Positions 41,334 to 51,788 of a DNA stretch of 53,485 nt are shown one piece after another. The notes under the pieces were generated by a model that saw only the letters and a list, made by a program, of their open reading frames with translations, was not told the DNA's origin and did no database searches. Within the stretch, counting starts at the first letter, position 1, and each line of letters begins with the position of its first letter. This stretch comes from Actinomycetota bacterium. Its GTDB lineage: Bacteria > Actinomycetota > Actinomycetes > S36-B12. The DNA lies in assembly GCA_046091195.1 (NCBI GenBank), contig JBJTBD010000054.1:1-53485 (forward strand), given 5' to 3'. The translations under genes were made by a program, and so were the position numbers.

Positions 41334-41959
41334 TTCCGGCACTTTCGCACGCCGTTGGCCCAGTGGTACTTGCCGCGACCATCGCGCCAGATCGTCCAGA
41401 AGGCCCGGTCCTGCCAGTAGCGGTTCCACTGCTGCATGGGGCGATCGCGCAGGCTCTTGACGATCTCGACTGCTGAGTCGCCAAATTCCTTGCGCACCTC
41501 GGCTTGCATCATCCATGTGGCACCGATCGCCAGCCGGCGCGAAAACTGATAGGCCCCCCGGTAGATCCCGCCGGAACTGACCGCCTTGTAGTTGCCATTG
41601 GTCTCGAAGTCGACAAGACACTTGCGCACGTCATCCCTGCCCGGCTTGAACCACTTCCCCCGGTAGAGGCTCGGCATGAGCCCGAGCAGGTCGAGGGACT
41701 GGGCCGACCCCAGGGCATGGGCGAGTTCCCGGGCAATGCGCTCCGCCGGATCCTCGACGAAGGCGGCATTACCCGCATCCCCCGCCGGGATGGGAATCTC
41801 CTCACCCGTCTCCGGATCAAAGATGCCCTCCGTGAGGTCCAGGAACTCCGCGGGAATCGTGTCCTCGGAGTTCCCCCGGGGACGCTCGTGTGCCGTGGCT
41901 GGTGCGCCGAGGCCCACGACGAGCAGGAGGCAGAGCGCGGAGACACCTGCCCGAACCAT
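41330..41959 (-). CDS. Secreted protein with lysozyme-like/transglycosylase (Rpf/SceD-like) domain
   Basis: Signal peptide (..PATA), C...ETNGNY.AVS..G.Y.GAYQF, TW, QD.AF, HW...C; SD GGAGGT. Confidence 0.7.
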
Positions 41960-42134
41960 GCCCACCTCCCGGTTGCGTCGAGTACGACCCACCATTGTGT
42001 GGGGAAGCACCCACATCGACCAAGGAACGAAAGGGCTAAATCACCATATATCGGTCAGGCTCTTTCGAAAAATTCACTCGGCCCCCATGCCGGTCCCCTT
42101 GGACGTGGGCCACGTCACCCCGGCGTCCCCAGGA

Positions 42135-43442
42135 CTAAAGAACGCTCTCCTCGAGCATCTCGGTGACCAGGGCCGCGATCGGCGAGCGCTCGGACCGGGT
42201 CAGGGTGACATGTGCGAACAGTGGATGGCCTTTGAGCTTCTCCACCACCGCCACCACACCGTCGTAGCGGCCGACGCGCAGGTTGTCACGTTGCCCCACG
42301 TCGTGGGTAAGCACGACACGGCTATCGCGCCCGATTCGGGACAGCACCGTCAGCAGCACATTGCGCTCCAACGATTGCGCTTCGTCGACGATCACGAAGG
42401 CGTCGTGCAGAGACCGGCCGCGGATATGCGTGAGGGGTAGAACCTCGAGCATCCCCCGATCGAGGATCTCGTCGACGACCTCGGGGGTGGTGACCGCATT
42501 CAGGGTGTCGAACACCGCCTGACCCCAGGGCGACATCTTCTCGTGCTCGGTGCCGGGCAGATATCCCAAGTCCTGGCCGCCGACGGCGGAGAGCGGGCGG
42601 AACACGATGAGCTTGCGGTGCTGGCGTCGCTCCATCACGGCTTCCAGACCCGCGCAGAGTGCGAGCGCACTCTTCCCCGTCCCGGCGCGACCGCCCAGTG
42701 AGATGATCCCGATGTCCGGATCGAGGAGCAGAACGAGCGCCACCCGCTGCTCGGCGCTGCGGCCATGCAAGCCGAATGCCTCCCGGTCGCCGCGGACCAG
42801 GCGCACCTGCTTGTCCGCTGTCACGCGCGCGAGAGCACTACCGCGCTCGGACACCAACACCATCCCGCAGTGGCAGGGAAGATCGCGCGCTGCGTCGAGA
42901 TCGATCACGACCTCGTCGTAGAGCCGATCGATGTCATCCGCTGCGACCTCGAGTTCGGCCATGCCGGTGTACCCGGTCTCGATGACGAATTCGGCGCGAT
43001 ACTCCTCTGCGGCCAGGCCCATCGACGACGCTTTGACGCGCATCGGGAGGTCCTTGCTGACGAGGACGACGTGCGCACCCGCGTTGCCGAGGTTCCGCGC
43101 GACGGCGAGGATGCGAGTGTCGTTATCCCCGAGTCGGAGACCGTTTGGCAATGCATCGACGTCGGTGTGGTTGAGCTCCACGCGCACCGTGCCACCCGAG
43201 TCACCGATCGGCATGGGCTCATCGAGGCGTCCGTGCTGGATCCGCAGGTCGTCGAGGAGGCGTAGCGCCTGCCGGGCAAAGTAACCGAGCTCGGGATGGC
43301 TGCGTTTGCCCTCGAGTTCTGTCACGACGACGACCGGGATGACCACGTCGTGCTCGTCGAACCGGAGCAAAGCCCGCGGGTCGGAGAGGAGGACGGAGGT
43401 GTCCAGGACGTAGGTGGTGCGGGCGCTGCCGGCGTCGGGCAC
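42135..43442 (-). CDS. phoH2: PIN-PhoH protein (PhoH2)
   Basis: [11 protein letters not shown] domain, ND.RIL, SKD; [17 protein letters not shown]. Confidence 0.92.
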   Translation of the reverse strand: MPDAGSARTTYVLDTSVLLSDPRALLRFDEHDVVIPVVVVTELEGKRSHPELGYFARQALRLLDDLRIQHGRLDEPMPIGDSGGTVRVELNHTDVDALPNGLRLGDNDTRILAVARNLGNAGAHVVLVSKDLPMRVKASSMGLAAEEYRAEFVIETGYTGMAELEVAADDIDRLYDEVVIDLDAARDLPCHCGMVLVSERGSALARVTADKQVRLVRGDREAFGLHGRSAEQRVALVLLLDPDIGIISLGGRAGTGKSALALCAGLEAVMERRQHRKLIVFRPLSAVGGQDLGYLPGTEHEKMSPWGQAVFDTLNAVTTPEVVDEILDRGMLEVLPLTHIRGRSLHDAFVIVDEAQSLERNVLLTVLSRIGRDSRVVLTHDVGQRDNLRVGRYDGVVAVVEKLKGHPLFAHVTLTRSERSPIAALVTEMLEESVL

Positions 43443-43566
43443 GTGGCCTCCTGGGAGGGGTCGGTGTTCCCACACGCTAGGTCCCACCCGTCACACCGAC
43501 CTCGCCGACACGCCGGATGCGGGGGCGTCGGCGCCTGCGGGTGACGGGGTCGTGGACGCCAGGTGG

Positions 43567-44328
43567 CTACGCGCCGAAGCGGCGGTGACGATCCGCGTAC
43601 GAACGCAGGGCGCGGAGGAAGTCAACGTGACGGAAGTCGGGCCAATAGGCCTCGCAGAAGTAGAACTCCGAGTGCGCGGATTGCCACATCAGGAAGCCGG
43701 ACAGGCGCTGCTCCCCCGAGGTGCGGATCACCAGGTCGGGGTCGGGCTGGCCCTTGGTGTAGAGGTGCTCGGCGATGTGCTCGACATCGAGGAGTTGCGC
43801 GAGTTCGTCCAGGGACGTCCCACGCGTTGCGTGCTCGCTGAGGAGCGAACGCACCGCGTCCACCACCTCGCGCCGACCGCCGTATCCCACGGCAACGTTC
43901 ACCAGGCTGCCCTCGACCCCGCGGGTCGACTCTTCGGCTTCCTTCAACATGCGCGCGGTGTGATCGGGAAGGAGATCGAGTGCACCGACCGGATGAAGGC
44001 GCCAACGTCCCTGCTCGACGAGGCCCGTGACCGTGTCTTCGATGATCGACATCAGCGCCTGAAGCTCAGGCGCCGGACGGGCCAGGTTGTCGGTGGACAG
44101 CAGCCAGAGGGTCACGACCTCGACGCCGACCTCGTCGCACCAACCCAGGAACTCGACGATCTTCGCGGCACCCGCCCGGTGGCCCTCGGACGAAGTGGAC
44201 CCCTGCAAACTCGCCCAGCGACGATTGCCGTCGAGGATCACACCCACATGCCGGGGGATCCGATCCGAGGGGATCTGGCCCTTGAGGGACTTCTCGTAGA
44301 TCCCGTAGATCAGGTCGCGCACACCCAC
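43567..44328 (-). CDS. uppS: Cis-prenyltransferase (short-chain Z-isoprenyl diphosphate synthase, Rv1086-like)
   Basis: DGNRRWA, LSTDN..R, YGGR.E, IRTSGEQRLSGF..WQ. Confidence 0.9.
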   Translation of the reverse strand: MGVRDLIYGIYEKSLKGQIPSDRIPRHVGVILDGNRRWASLQGSTSSEGHRAGAAKIVEFLGWCDEVGVEVVTLWLLSTDNLARPAPELQALMSIIEDTVTGLVEQGRWRLHPVGALDLLPDHTARMLKEAEESTRGVEGSLVNVAVGYGGRREVVDAVRSLLSEHATRGTSLDELAQLLDVEHIAEHLYTKGQPDPDLVIRTSGEQRLSGFLMWQSAHSEFYFCEAYWPDFRHVDFLRALRSYADRHRRFGA

Positions 44329-44338
44329 GCGCGGAAGG

Positions 44339-46309
44339 TTACCCCCGCGGGGGTGGGTTCCGGAGAAGAGTCGCGAGTCTGTCCACGTCCATGGTCGGGA
44401 GTTGGCACACCGAGTGACGGCACACCATGGCCCCCGAGTCACGTGCGTCACGCGAGTACCGCAGGACGGCGCCGGGTGCGGACGACATCCGTGCGACCGC
44501 CACCAGGTCCGCCGCCTGCGGATCCACGGTCACCTCCGCAGGACCGTCCAGCACGGCGAGCAACGCGGACAGCCCCCACCCCGCAGCACGCGGTGCCTGG
44601 GAGCCGTACGCGGCAACGACCCCGAGCGCCCGTTCCGCCCGCTCGCGGTGCTTGGCAGACTCGACGATCGCCGCGTAGGTCACCAGTGCGTTCGCGACCG
44701 CGAACCATCCAGAGGGCTCCGCATTGTCCGACGCTTCCCGTGGCCGGCGGATGAGAGGTGGCGCGTCATCCGCAGTGTCGTAGAACCCACCGTCCGCGTC
44801 GGAGAAGTGGCCAACCGCAACGTCGAGCAGGATGCCCGCGAATGTGAGCCACTCGTCGTCGGCGGTCGCCCAGTAAAGCGCGAGGAACCCCTCGGCGACG
44901 TCGCCGTAGTCGTCGAGGACCCCCAGGTTCGCACCGGCGATGCCGTCGCGCGACGTCCGACTCAGTCGATCCGTCAGACCCATATGCACGGAGATCAGGA
45001 GATCCGCAGCACCGGCCGCAGCATCCATCCACGCGGGCTCGCCGCAGAGTGCGCCTGCCTCGGCGAGCGCAGCAATCGCCAGCCCGTTCCACGCTGCAAC
45101 GACCTTGTCATCACGTCCCGGATGGATACGAGTCTCACGTGCTGACCACAGCGCCGTGCGTACACGACCCCATCGCTCGGCATCCGTCGGATCGGTCAAC
45201 AACTGGAGCACGGATGTTCCGTGCTCGAAGGTTCCCGAGTCCGTAACCGAGAAGTTCTCCGCGGCCCAACGGCCGTCCTCATCGCCGAGAACCTCGATGA
45301 GTTGCGCGGGTGTCCAGGCGTAGAACTTCCCCTCGACACCCTCGCTATCGGCATCGAGTGCGGAGGCGAATCCACCCTTCGGTGTGCGCAAATCGCGGAT
45401 GAGGAACTCAGCGGTCTCACGCACGATGCGCAGGGCGAACTCCGAACCCGTCAATCGCCACCAGTGCAGGTAGACGCGCAACAGCAGTGCGTTGTCGTAG
45501 AGCATCTTCTCGAAATGAGGAACGACCCACTGACCATCAACGGAGTACCGCGCGAAGCCACCGCCGAGTTGGTCGTACATGCCCCCGCGGGCCATGCCCT
45601 CCATCGTGCGCTCGGCCATCGCAAGCGCTGACCGTCCACTCTCCCCGGTATCCAGTGCCGCGTAGCGCAGCAGGAACTCCAGAACCATCGATGGCGGGAA
45701 CTTGGGAGCCGTTCCGAATCCGCCCCAGGTGGCGTCGAACGACGCTGCCAGCGCATTCACCGGAATTGCCATCTCCTCGAGTCCCGGGAGACGAGACCCG
45801 GACGCCGGGAGTTCCCGTGACGCGAGGGCATCGACGATGCGCTGTCCCGTCGCCTCGACATCCGCGCGACGCTCCGTCCATGCCTCCGTGATCGCACGCA
45901 GCAACTGGGTGAACGAGGGCATCCCGTGCCGAGGGGTGGGAGGGAAGTACGTGCCGGCGTAGAAGGGACGCTGATCCTGGTCGAGGAACACCGACATCGG
46001 CCATCCACCGTGACCTGTCATCGCCACGGTGGCCTCCATGTAGATGGAGTCGATATCCGGCCGCTCCTCGCGATCGACCTTGATCGAGACGAAGTACTCG
46101 TTCAGGTAGGCCGCAACCTCGGGGGCTTCGAAGGATTCATGCGCCATCACATGGCACCAGTGGCAGGCGGAGTATCCGATCGAGAGGAAGACCGGGACTC
46201 CGCGACGACGCGCCTCGTTGAAGGCCTCCTCGGACCACTCCCACCAGTCGACCGGGTTGTCCGCATGTTGCAGGAGATAGGGACTCGTGGCCGCCGCGAG
46301 TCGATTCAC
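44339..46309 (-). CDS. DUF255 thioredoxin-domain / SPATA20 (YyaL-like) protein
   Basis: NRL....[31 protein letters not shown]. Confidence 0.92.
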   Translation of the reverse strand: MNRLAAATSPYLLQHADNPVDWWEWSEEAFNEARRRGVPVFLSIGYSACHWCHVMAHESFEAPEVAAYLNEYFVSIKVDREERPDIDSIYMEATVAMTGHGGWPMSVFLDQDQRPFYAGTYFPPTPRHGMPSFTQLLRAITEAWTERRADVEATGQRIVDALASRELPASGSRLPGLEEMAIPVNALAASFDATWGGFGTAPKFPPSMVLEFLLRYAALDTGESGRSALAMAERTMEGMARGGMYDQLGGGFARYSVDGQWVVPHFEKMLYDNALLLRVYLHWWRLTGSEFALRIVRETAEFLIRDLRTPKGGFASALDADSEGVEGKFYAWTPAQLIEVLGDEDGRWAAENFSVTDSGTFEHGTSVLQLLTDPTDAERWGRVRTALWSARETRIHPGRDDKVVAAWNGLAIAALAEAGALCGEPAWMDAAAGAADLLISVHMGLTDRLSRTSRDGIAGANLGVLDDYGDVAEGFLALYWATADDEWLTFAGILLDVAVGHFSDADGGFYDTADDAPPLIRRPREASDNAEPSGWFAVANALVTYAAIVESAKHRERAERALGVVAAYGSQAPRAAGWGLSALLAVLDGPAEVTVDPQAADLVAVARMSSAPGAVLRYSRDARDSGAMVCRHSVCQLPTMDVDRLATLLRNPPPRG

Positions 46310-46340
46310 ATCGCCATCCTGCCCGAGCGGTGCTTAGGGC

Positions 46341-47117
46341 ATGCTTCCCGCTCGCGCGTTACCTGTGTCCCGCCGGTACGCTTCGGACGGATCGAATCAG
46401 GGTCGATCGGGCTACTTTCTGCAGCCCTACCTCGGCGAGGACAACGTCGGCAAGGCGGATTACACCCCCGAGGGCCTGCGGGCCGCCACCAAAGCCGGAC
46501 TCGATGACGGATGGCAGGTTCTTATCCACACCAACGGCGACGCCGCCGTGGAGTTCGCACTCGAGGCCCTCGAGGAAATCCTGCCGGCGTACGGCGACCA
46601 AGACCTGCGCCATCGTCTCGAGCACTGCTCCTTCACCATGGACGACCAGCTCACGCGCATGGCAGCGATCGGCGTCTCTCCCACCTTCCTCATGAACCAT
46701 CTCTACTACTGGGGGGCTGCGTTCCGCGACACGATCTTGGGACCCAAGCGCGCCGGCAGGCTCGACCGCGTCGCCTCGGCGTTCAAGGCGGGCCTGCGAC
46801 CGTCACTGCATTCGGACTACAACGTCACCGCCGTTCACCCCCTGCTCAGCGCGCGCACTGCGGTACTGCGCCGCACCAAGGCTGACAACCAGGTGCTGAA
46901 CGCGGCGGAGTGCGCCACCCCGGAGCAGGCGCTCGCCGCGATCACGACCAACGCCGCCTGGCAGATCCACGCTGACGACCGCGGAAGCCTGGAGGTCGGC
47001 AAGGCCGCGGACTTCGGCATCGCTGACGGTAACCCGTGGGCATCCGACCCAGAGGGCTGGGCCGACATCGCTTTCCAGGCGACCTACGTCGGCGGTGAGA
47101 TCGCCTGGCAGAAGTAG
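46341..47117 (+). pseudogene. C-terminal half of a YtcJ-like amidohydrolase (5'-truncated)
   Basis: DGS..G, GWQ..IH.NGD.A, RHRLEHC, SD, GSLEVGK.AD. The N-terminal HxH half is absent and the divergent DUF255 gene starts about 30 nt upstream. Confidence 0.75.
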
Positions 47118-47139
47118 GCGCAGGGACTACCGTTCCCCC

Positions 47140-47628
47140 ATGCGTCGCCTGGTCGAGCTCTCGCGCTTCGTCGTTGCCCTACCCGCCATCGGATCGATCA
47201 TCGGCGCGATCGTTCTGATGATCATCGGCATCCTCGAAATCGCTCGGGCAGTGGTGAAGCTGTTCGACACCGCGATACCACTCAAGGAAAGCGTGGTCAC
47301 GATCCTCACTGCTGTCGACACCCTTCTGCTCGCGACTGTGCTGCTGGTCATCGGCTACGGCCTCTACGAGTTGTTCGTCGACTCGAGTGTGCGACTGCCC
47401 GCCTGGCTTGAGATTCGATCGCTTGATGACTTGAAGGCCAAGTTGATTGGCGTGGTGGTTGCGGTCATCGCTGTCGTTTTCCTTGGATACCTGGTCGATG
47501 CGAAGAATGCGAATGACGTCATGTTGATCGGTATCGGGGCGGGTGCCGTCGTGGTCGGTCTTGCGGCGTTCACCTTCGCGGCCAAGAAGGACGGCCCGAA
47601 GACCCAACGTGACTTCACCAATCTCTAA
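47140..47628 (+). CDS. YqhA (UPF0114) family membrane protein
   Basis: VD.LL...VL...GYGLYELFV, WL.I.SLDDLK.KL. Confidence 0.85.
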   Translation: MRRLVELSRFVVALPAIGSIIGAIVLMIIGILEIARAVVKLFDTAIPLKESVVTILTAVDTLLLATVLLVIGYGLYELFVDSSVRLPAWLEIRSLDDLKAKLIGVVVAVIAVVFLGYLVDAKNANDVMLIGIGAGAVVVGLAAFTFAAKKDGPKTQRDFTNL

Positions 47629-47631
47629 GCG

Positions 47632-48363
47632 ATGTTCGACCCTGCACTCGCTGCCGCCGCGCACGGGCATATCACCCAGGTCGACACCTTCACCGATCTC
47701 TACCGGGCCCACTACGAGGCGCACACGACGGTGGCCGAGACATTCCGCGATGTCACCCTGGGACTCGGCGTCGCCGAGGCATGCGATGGGGAAATCGTCG
47801 CCTTCGACGGAAAGGTCTGGCGGGTTCCCGCCGACGGCTACCCGGTTCCCGCCGAACCATCGCTGGGACTGCCTTTCGCCGTTGTCGCCCTGGGTGGGAT
47901 GCCCATCGACACCCCGGTGCCTCCAGGATCCACGATGGACGACATCACCACCCTCGTCGCCGACGTTGTCACCGCGGGCGATCTCACCCAACCGACGGAG
48001 CACCTGGTCGCCGCGGTACGCATCGATGGAGTGTTCACGGATGTGGTCCTGCGCAGTGAACACCGCCAGGTGCCGCCGTACCCGCCACTGCCCGATGTCC
48101 TGAGTCGCGAGGTTCGCTTCGAATTCGCCGCATGGGAAGGGACCCTGGTCGGATTCCGGTTCCCCGATGCCCAGGACGGCGTGGTGATTCCCGGCCTGCA
48201 TCTGCACGGCCTCTCCGCTGATCGCAACAGTGGCGGGCACTGCCATACGTTCACCGTCGCTCATGCGATCCTGACCGTCTGGCTGGACGATGTGGCCGTG
48301 ACGCTCCCCCACGAGGGTCTGGCCGAACAAGTCCGTGCACGGCTCGGCGACAACGGAGTGTGA
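47632..48363 (+). CDS. budA: Alpha-acetolactate decarboxylase-like protein
   Basis: GLG....GE...DG, PFA, RS..Q..PY, GTLVGF, PG.HLH, GGH Zn-binding motifs. Confidence 0.8.
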   Translation: MFDPALAAAAHGHITQVDTFTDLYRAHYEAHTTVAETFRDVTLGLGVAEACDGEIVAFDGKVWRVPADGYPVPAEPSLGLPFAVVALGGMPIDTPVPPGSTMDDITTLVADVVTAGDLTQPTEHLVAAVRIDGVFTDVVLRSEHRQVPPYPPLPDVLSREVRFEFAAWEGTLVGFRFPDAQDGVVIPGLHLHGLSADRNSGGHCHTFTVAHAILTVWLDDVAVTLPHEGLAEQVRARLGDNGV

Positions 48364-48542
48364 GCGTGTTCGAAGAGACGAAGAAGCTGCTGCAGCGGGC
48401 CCAGGATGCGAACACGACCCTGGGTGAACTCAGCGATCAACGCCAGCCCACACCGCGTATCGGAAGCCGGATCCTGATGGGGCTGCTGGCGCTCGCCTGC
48501 CTCGGAGCCTTGATCGCCGCCGCAATCGCCGCGACGCGCTGA
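48360..48542 (+). CDS. Small hypothetical membrane protein
   Basis: 60 aa with a C-terminal TM; GTGA overlap with the upstream stop. Confidence 0.5.
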   Translation: MSVFEETKKLLQRAQDANTTLGELSDQRQPTPRIGSRILMGLLALACLGALIAAAIAATR

Positions 48543-48545
48543 GAC

Positions 48546-49112
48546 CTACTTGTAGGTCGACACCTTCGTGACGCTGCCGTCCGTGGCGAAGGTGGTCCAC
48601 TCGCCCGTCTTCTTGCCCGCTCGATAGGCACCCGTGCGCATGTGCGTCCCGTCCTTGTGGAACCACTCCCACGCACCGTCGGGCTTCTCATCCTTCATCT
48701 TGCCCAGAATCTTGGGGTGTCCGTTGTCGTAGTACTCGCGCACCTGACCGCCGCGCTTCGGGTAAGACGCGTTGATTTCCGCGATGCGCACCTTGAGGAT
48801 CTTCTGCAACAGCGCAACCGGGAAGGCCGAGTCCATGTCGAAGTGAATCGTGCCTTTGGTGGTGGGAAAACCCGCGAGGTCCTTGACGAGGACTTCCTGG
48901 ACGTGCGAACCGGGGAAGAGGCTGTTGTGGTCGGAGAAACCGGAGTAGCACAGCACGTTGTCATCCCCGATCAGGAATGCGGGCATCCCCCAGGCGATCT
49001 CTTCATGGGCCCCGGGGAGGGCTGCGGAAATGCGGGCCCGGGTCTCCGCGAGCGCCTCACGCTGCGAAACGGGGAACTTGGCCAGCGCCTTGGCGATCGG
49101 ATCGGAGGGCAC
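48546..49112 (-). CDS. DUF1801 (YdhG-like) domain fused to MORN-2/YwqK-like repeats
   Basis: E.IAWGMPAF, H.SLFP, KGTIHF...P..L; then YYDNG..K..G.......G.W.WF..DG...R.G.Y..G...GEW. Confidence 0.78.
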   Translation of the reverse strand: MPSDPIAKALAKFPVSQREALAETRARISAALPGAHEEIAWGMPAFLIGDDNVLCYSGFSDHNSLFPGSHVQEVLVKDLAGFPTTKGTIHFDMDSAFPVALLQKILKVRIAEINASYPKRGGQVREYYDNGHPKILGKMKDEKPDGAWEWFHKDGTHMRTGAYRAGKKTGEWTTFATDGSVTKVSTYK

Positions 49113-49121
49113 CGGAAAAGT

Positions 49122-50039
49122 TTAGTGCCCACCCCGATTGCCGAATGCGTCGCGGATCCCGGCCAGCGCAGACGTGAGCTCCCCCGGGATTACCCACACC
49201 TTGTTGCCCTCGCCCGCGGCGATCTCGGGCAGCGCACTCAGGTATCGATCGGCCAGTGCGGCAGACGACGGGTTCGCGTCATGCAGGGCGGTATAGACGG
49301 TGACCACCGCCGCAGCCTCACCTTCGGCACGGAGTGCCTGGGCCTTGGCGTCGGCCTCCGCTCGCACGATCGCTGCCTGCGCTTCACCCTCGGCGGTGAG
49401 GATGGCGGCCTGCTTGGCGCCCTCCGCGATCAAGATGGCCGACTGCTTCTGACCTTCCGCTGTCAGGATCACAGCGCGACGCTCACGCTCTGCCTTGAGC
49501 TGCTTTTCCATGGAATCCTGCACGGAGGGCGGAGGGTCGATCGCCTTCAACTCCACCCGATTCACCCGAATCCCCCACTTGCCGGTGGCGTCGTCGAGCA
49601 CTCCACGAAGCTGCCCGTTGATCGAATCACGCGATGTCAGAGCCTCCTCGAGGTCCATGGAGCCGATGACGTTGCGCAGGGTGGTGACCGTCAATTGCTC
49701 GATGCCGGTGAGGTAGTTCGCAATCTCGTACGTGGCGGCCTTCGGATCCGTCACCTGGAAGTAGATGACCGTGTCGATCGAGACCACGAGGTTGTCCTCG
49801 GTAATCACGGGCTGGGGAGGGAAGGACGCAACCTGCTCGCGCATGTCAACCCGAGTGCGGACCCGATCGAAGATGGGGACAAGGACGTTGAGTCCGGGTG
49901 TGAGCGTGCGCGAGTAACGACCAAGTCGCTCGACGATCGCCGTGTTCGCCTGATTCACGATCACGAGGGTGCCGCGCAGAACAAGCAGCAGGACCGCAAG
50001 CACCACGGCAAGGACAACGCCTAGGACTACGAGTTCCAT
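49122..50039 (-). CDS. SPFH/band-7 (QmcA-like) protein
   Basis: VERLGRY, PQPVIT.DN, LRNVIG...L, WGI.V.RVE, AER.RRA. Confidence 0.92.
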   Translation of the reverse strand: MELVVLGVVLAVVLAVLLLVLRGTLVIVNQANTAIVERLGRYSRTLTPGLNVLVPIFDRVRTRVDMREQVASFPPQPVITEDNLVVSIDTVIYFQVTDPKAATYEIANYLTGIEQLTVTTLRNVIGSMDLEEALTSRDSINGQLRGVLDDATGKWGIRVNRVELKAIDPPPSVQDSMEKQLKAERERRAVILTAEGQKQSAILIAEGAKQAAILTAEGEAQAAIVRAEADAKAQALRAEGEAAAVVTVYTALHDANPSSAALADRYLSALPEIAAGEGNKVWVIPGELTSALAGIRDAFGNRGGH

Positions 50040-50045
50040 CGCATC

Positions 50046-50486
50046 TCACTCTCCAATCGGGAACACCACGGCGGTGGCCCCGTCAATTCGGGTCACGTAC
50101 ACCCGCGTACCCGGCTCGACCTCGATGTTCGTGACATGTGTATCGAGCCTCGCCGACCACTCCTCATTCCGCAACCGGATACGGCCACCGTCTGGCGTGA
50201 CAGATGTCAGTGCGACGGCCGTGGCGCCCGGAAGTGCATCCACGCCGGTGCGCAATTCCCGCGGCACTCGACGCAGGTGCCGTCGCGCGACCGGGCGAAG
50301 AAACAACAGCCCGGCGAGGGCGACCACACCCGCGACCACCACCTGCCCCCAGAGGGGTGCTCCCAGGGCAGCGGCGCCCGCGCCGGCGAAGGCGCCCAGC
50401 GCGATCAGCGCGAAGGTGAGGTCCAGGGTGAACAGTTCGACGCCGAGGGCTGCGGCCCCCGCAATCGCCCACAGCAGTGCCGTCAC
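50046..50486 (-). CDS. NfeD family protein
   Basis: N-terminal TMs, G.I....E.WSAR, G..V.V..IDG.T.VV; SD GGGAGGA; precedes SPFH. Confidence 0.85.
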   Translation of the reverse strand: MTALLWAIAGAAALGVELFTLDLTFALIALGAFAGAGAAALGAPLWGQVVVAGVVALAGLLFLRPVARRHLRRVPRELRTGVDALPGATAVALTSVTPDGGRIRLRNEEWSARLDTHVTNIEVEPGTRVYVTRIDGATAVVFPIGE

Positions 50487-50565
50487 GTCGTCCTCCCCCC
50501 ACCACGATAACCGCGAAATGCGGTCCGGGCAGCGCGGGACGAGAACCTCACATTCGGACCATTCG

Positions 50566-50618
50566 TCGCATAGGTGACGCATATACGGACTAGAATTCTC
50601 GTCCATGGCGCAGATGCG
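50566..50618. promoter_or_regulatory. Candidate promoter (TAGAAT 50591-50596) flanked by CGCA-N2-TGCG-like boxes
   Basis: TCGCATAGGTGA (50566-50577), CGCATATACG (50578-50587), and perfect CGCAGATGCG (50609-50618). Confidence 0.45.
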
Positions 50619-50997
50619 GATCTCCGAGGCGGCCAGCCTCCTCGGCGTGAGCGACGACACCGTCCGACGCTGGATTGCCGACGGCCGTCTTCCGACGGGC
50701 ACGGACGACAGTGGCCGCACCACGGTCGCGGGCCGGGACATCGCCGCACTCATGGCCGAGGGCACGATCCAGGACCCCGGAGCCGGGCCCAGTTCCGCGC
50801 GGAACCGGTTCCCCGGCATCGTCACCCGCGTCGAGCGTGACGGCGTGATGGCGTTGGTCGAGCTCCAGGCGGGGCCGCACCGGATCATCTCGCTGATGAG
50901 CCGCGAGGCCGCTGACGAACTCGGGCTGGAGCCGGGCGTGCGCGCATCCGCGACCATCAAAGCCACCAACGTGGTCATCGAGGGGCGCGAGGGGTAG
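50605..50997 (+). CDS. Excisionase-type HTH + TOBE molybdate-responsive regulator (ModE-like)
   Basis: ISEAA.LLGVSDDTVRRW, SARN.F.G.V, LGL..G.......KAT.V. Confidence 0.88.
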   Translation: MAQMRISEAASLLGVSDDTVRRWIADGRLPTGTDDSGRTTVAGRDIAALMAEGTIQDPGAGPSSARNRFPGIVTRVERDGVMALVELQAGPHRIISLMSREAADELGLEPGVRASATIKATNVVIEGREG

Positions 50998-50999
50998 TC

Positions 51000-51788
51000 G
51001 TGCTCGCTCGGATCGTTCCCCCCGTCATGGCCGCGGTCATCGCCATCACTCACGCGGCACCGAACGCGGCAGCCGACAACCGGCCCAATCCCTACGTGCG
51101 GAGCATCCCGGCTTCAACGATCACGGTCTCAGCCGCTGCATCACTCACCGATGTCTTCCCTGTCATCGCAGAGGCGTTCACGAAGCGATACCCGCAGCTG
51201 CAGGTCACATTCAACTTCGGATCGTCAAACTCCCTCGTCGAACAGATCCGTGCGGGAGCGCCCGCGGATGTGGTAGCGACGGCGGACGAGGTGTCGATGT
51301 GGCGCGCGACCAACGCGAACCTGACAGGCGCGCCGATCCTGTTCGCGCGCAACACGATGGCGATCGCAACCCCTAAGGGAAATCCGGCAAAGATCACGGG
51401 ACTCGCCGATCTGCAGAAACCCACCGTGACAGTTGCGGTCTGTGCCTCGCAGGTGCCCTGCGGACGCCTGGCGGCGGAGCTTTTCGCCAAGAACTTCCTC
51501 ACCGTCACTCCTGTCACCAAGGAGGTCGACGTTCGGTCCGTCGTGGGCAAGGTGATCGCCGATCAGGTCGACGCCGGAATCGTCTACTCCACCGACGTCA
51601 AGGCCTTCCCCGACGACCTCACGGGTGTGAGTATTCCGACGGCGAGCAACGTCGTCACCAACTACCCGATCGCGATGGTGAAGGAATCACGCAATGCGCA
51701 GGCGGCGAAGGCCTTCGTCAACTACGTCCGATACTCGTCCTCCGCCCAACGCATCCTGCGCGCCTGGGGGTTCAGCAAGCCTTGGTGA
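51000..51788 (+). CDS. modA: Molybdate ABC transporter substrate-binding protein
   Basis: AAASL, FGSS..L..QI..GAPAD, VPCG, DV, DAG.VY.TD, YPIA. Confidence 0.92.
   Translation: MLARIVPPVMAAVIAITHAAPNAAADNRPNPYVRSIPASTITVSAAASLTDVFPVIAEAFTKRYPQLQVTFNFGSSNSLVEQIRAGAPADVVATADEVSMWRATNANLTGAPILFARNTMAIATPKGNPAKITGLADLQKPTVTVAVCASQVPCGRLAAELFAKNFLTVTPVTKEVDVRSVVGKVIADQVDAGIVYSTDVKAFPDDLTGVSIPTASNVVTNYPIAMVKESRNAQAAKAFVNYVRYSSSAQRILRAWGFSKPW

Noticed and set aside
41960-42134. c-di-AMP (ydaO) riboswitch upstream of the Rpf-like gene
   Set aside because: The minus-strand leader lacks the expected GAAUCC, GGGGAACC and CCCGUCAGCUAAC elements; only short hairpins are present.
50605-50760. Excisionase of a mobile element
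   Set aside because: The HTH is fused to a TOBE domain and heads modAB, so it is a molybdate regulator.
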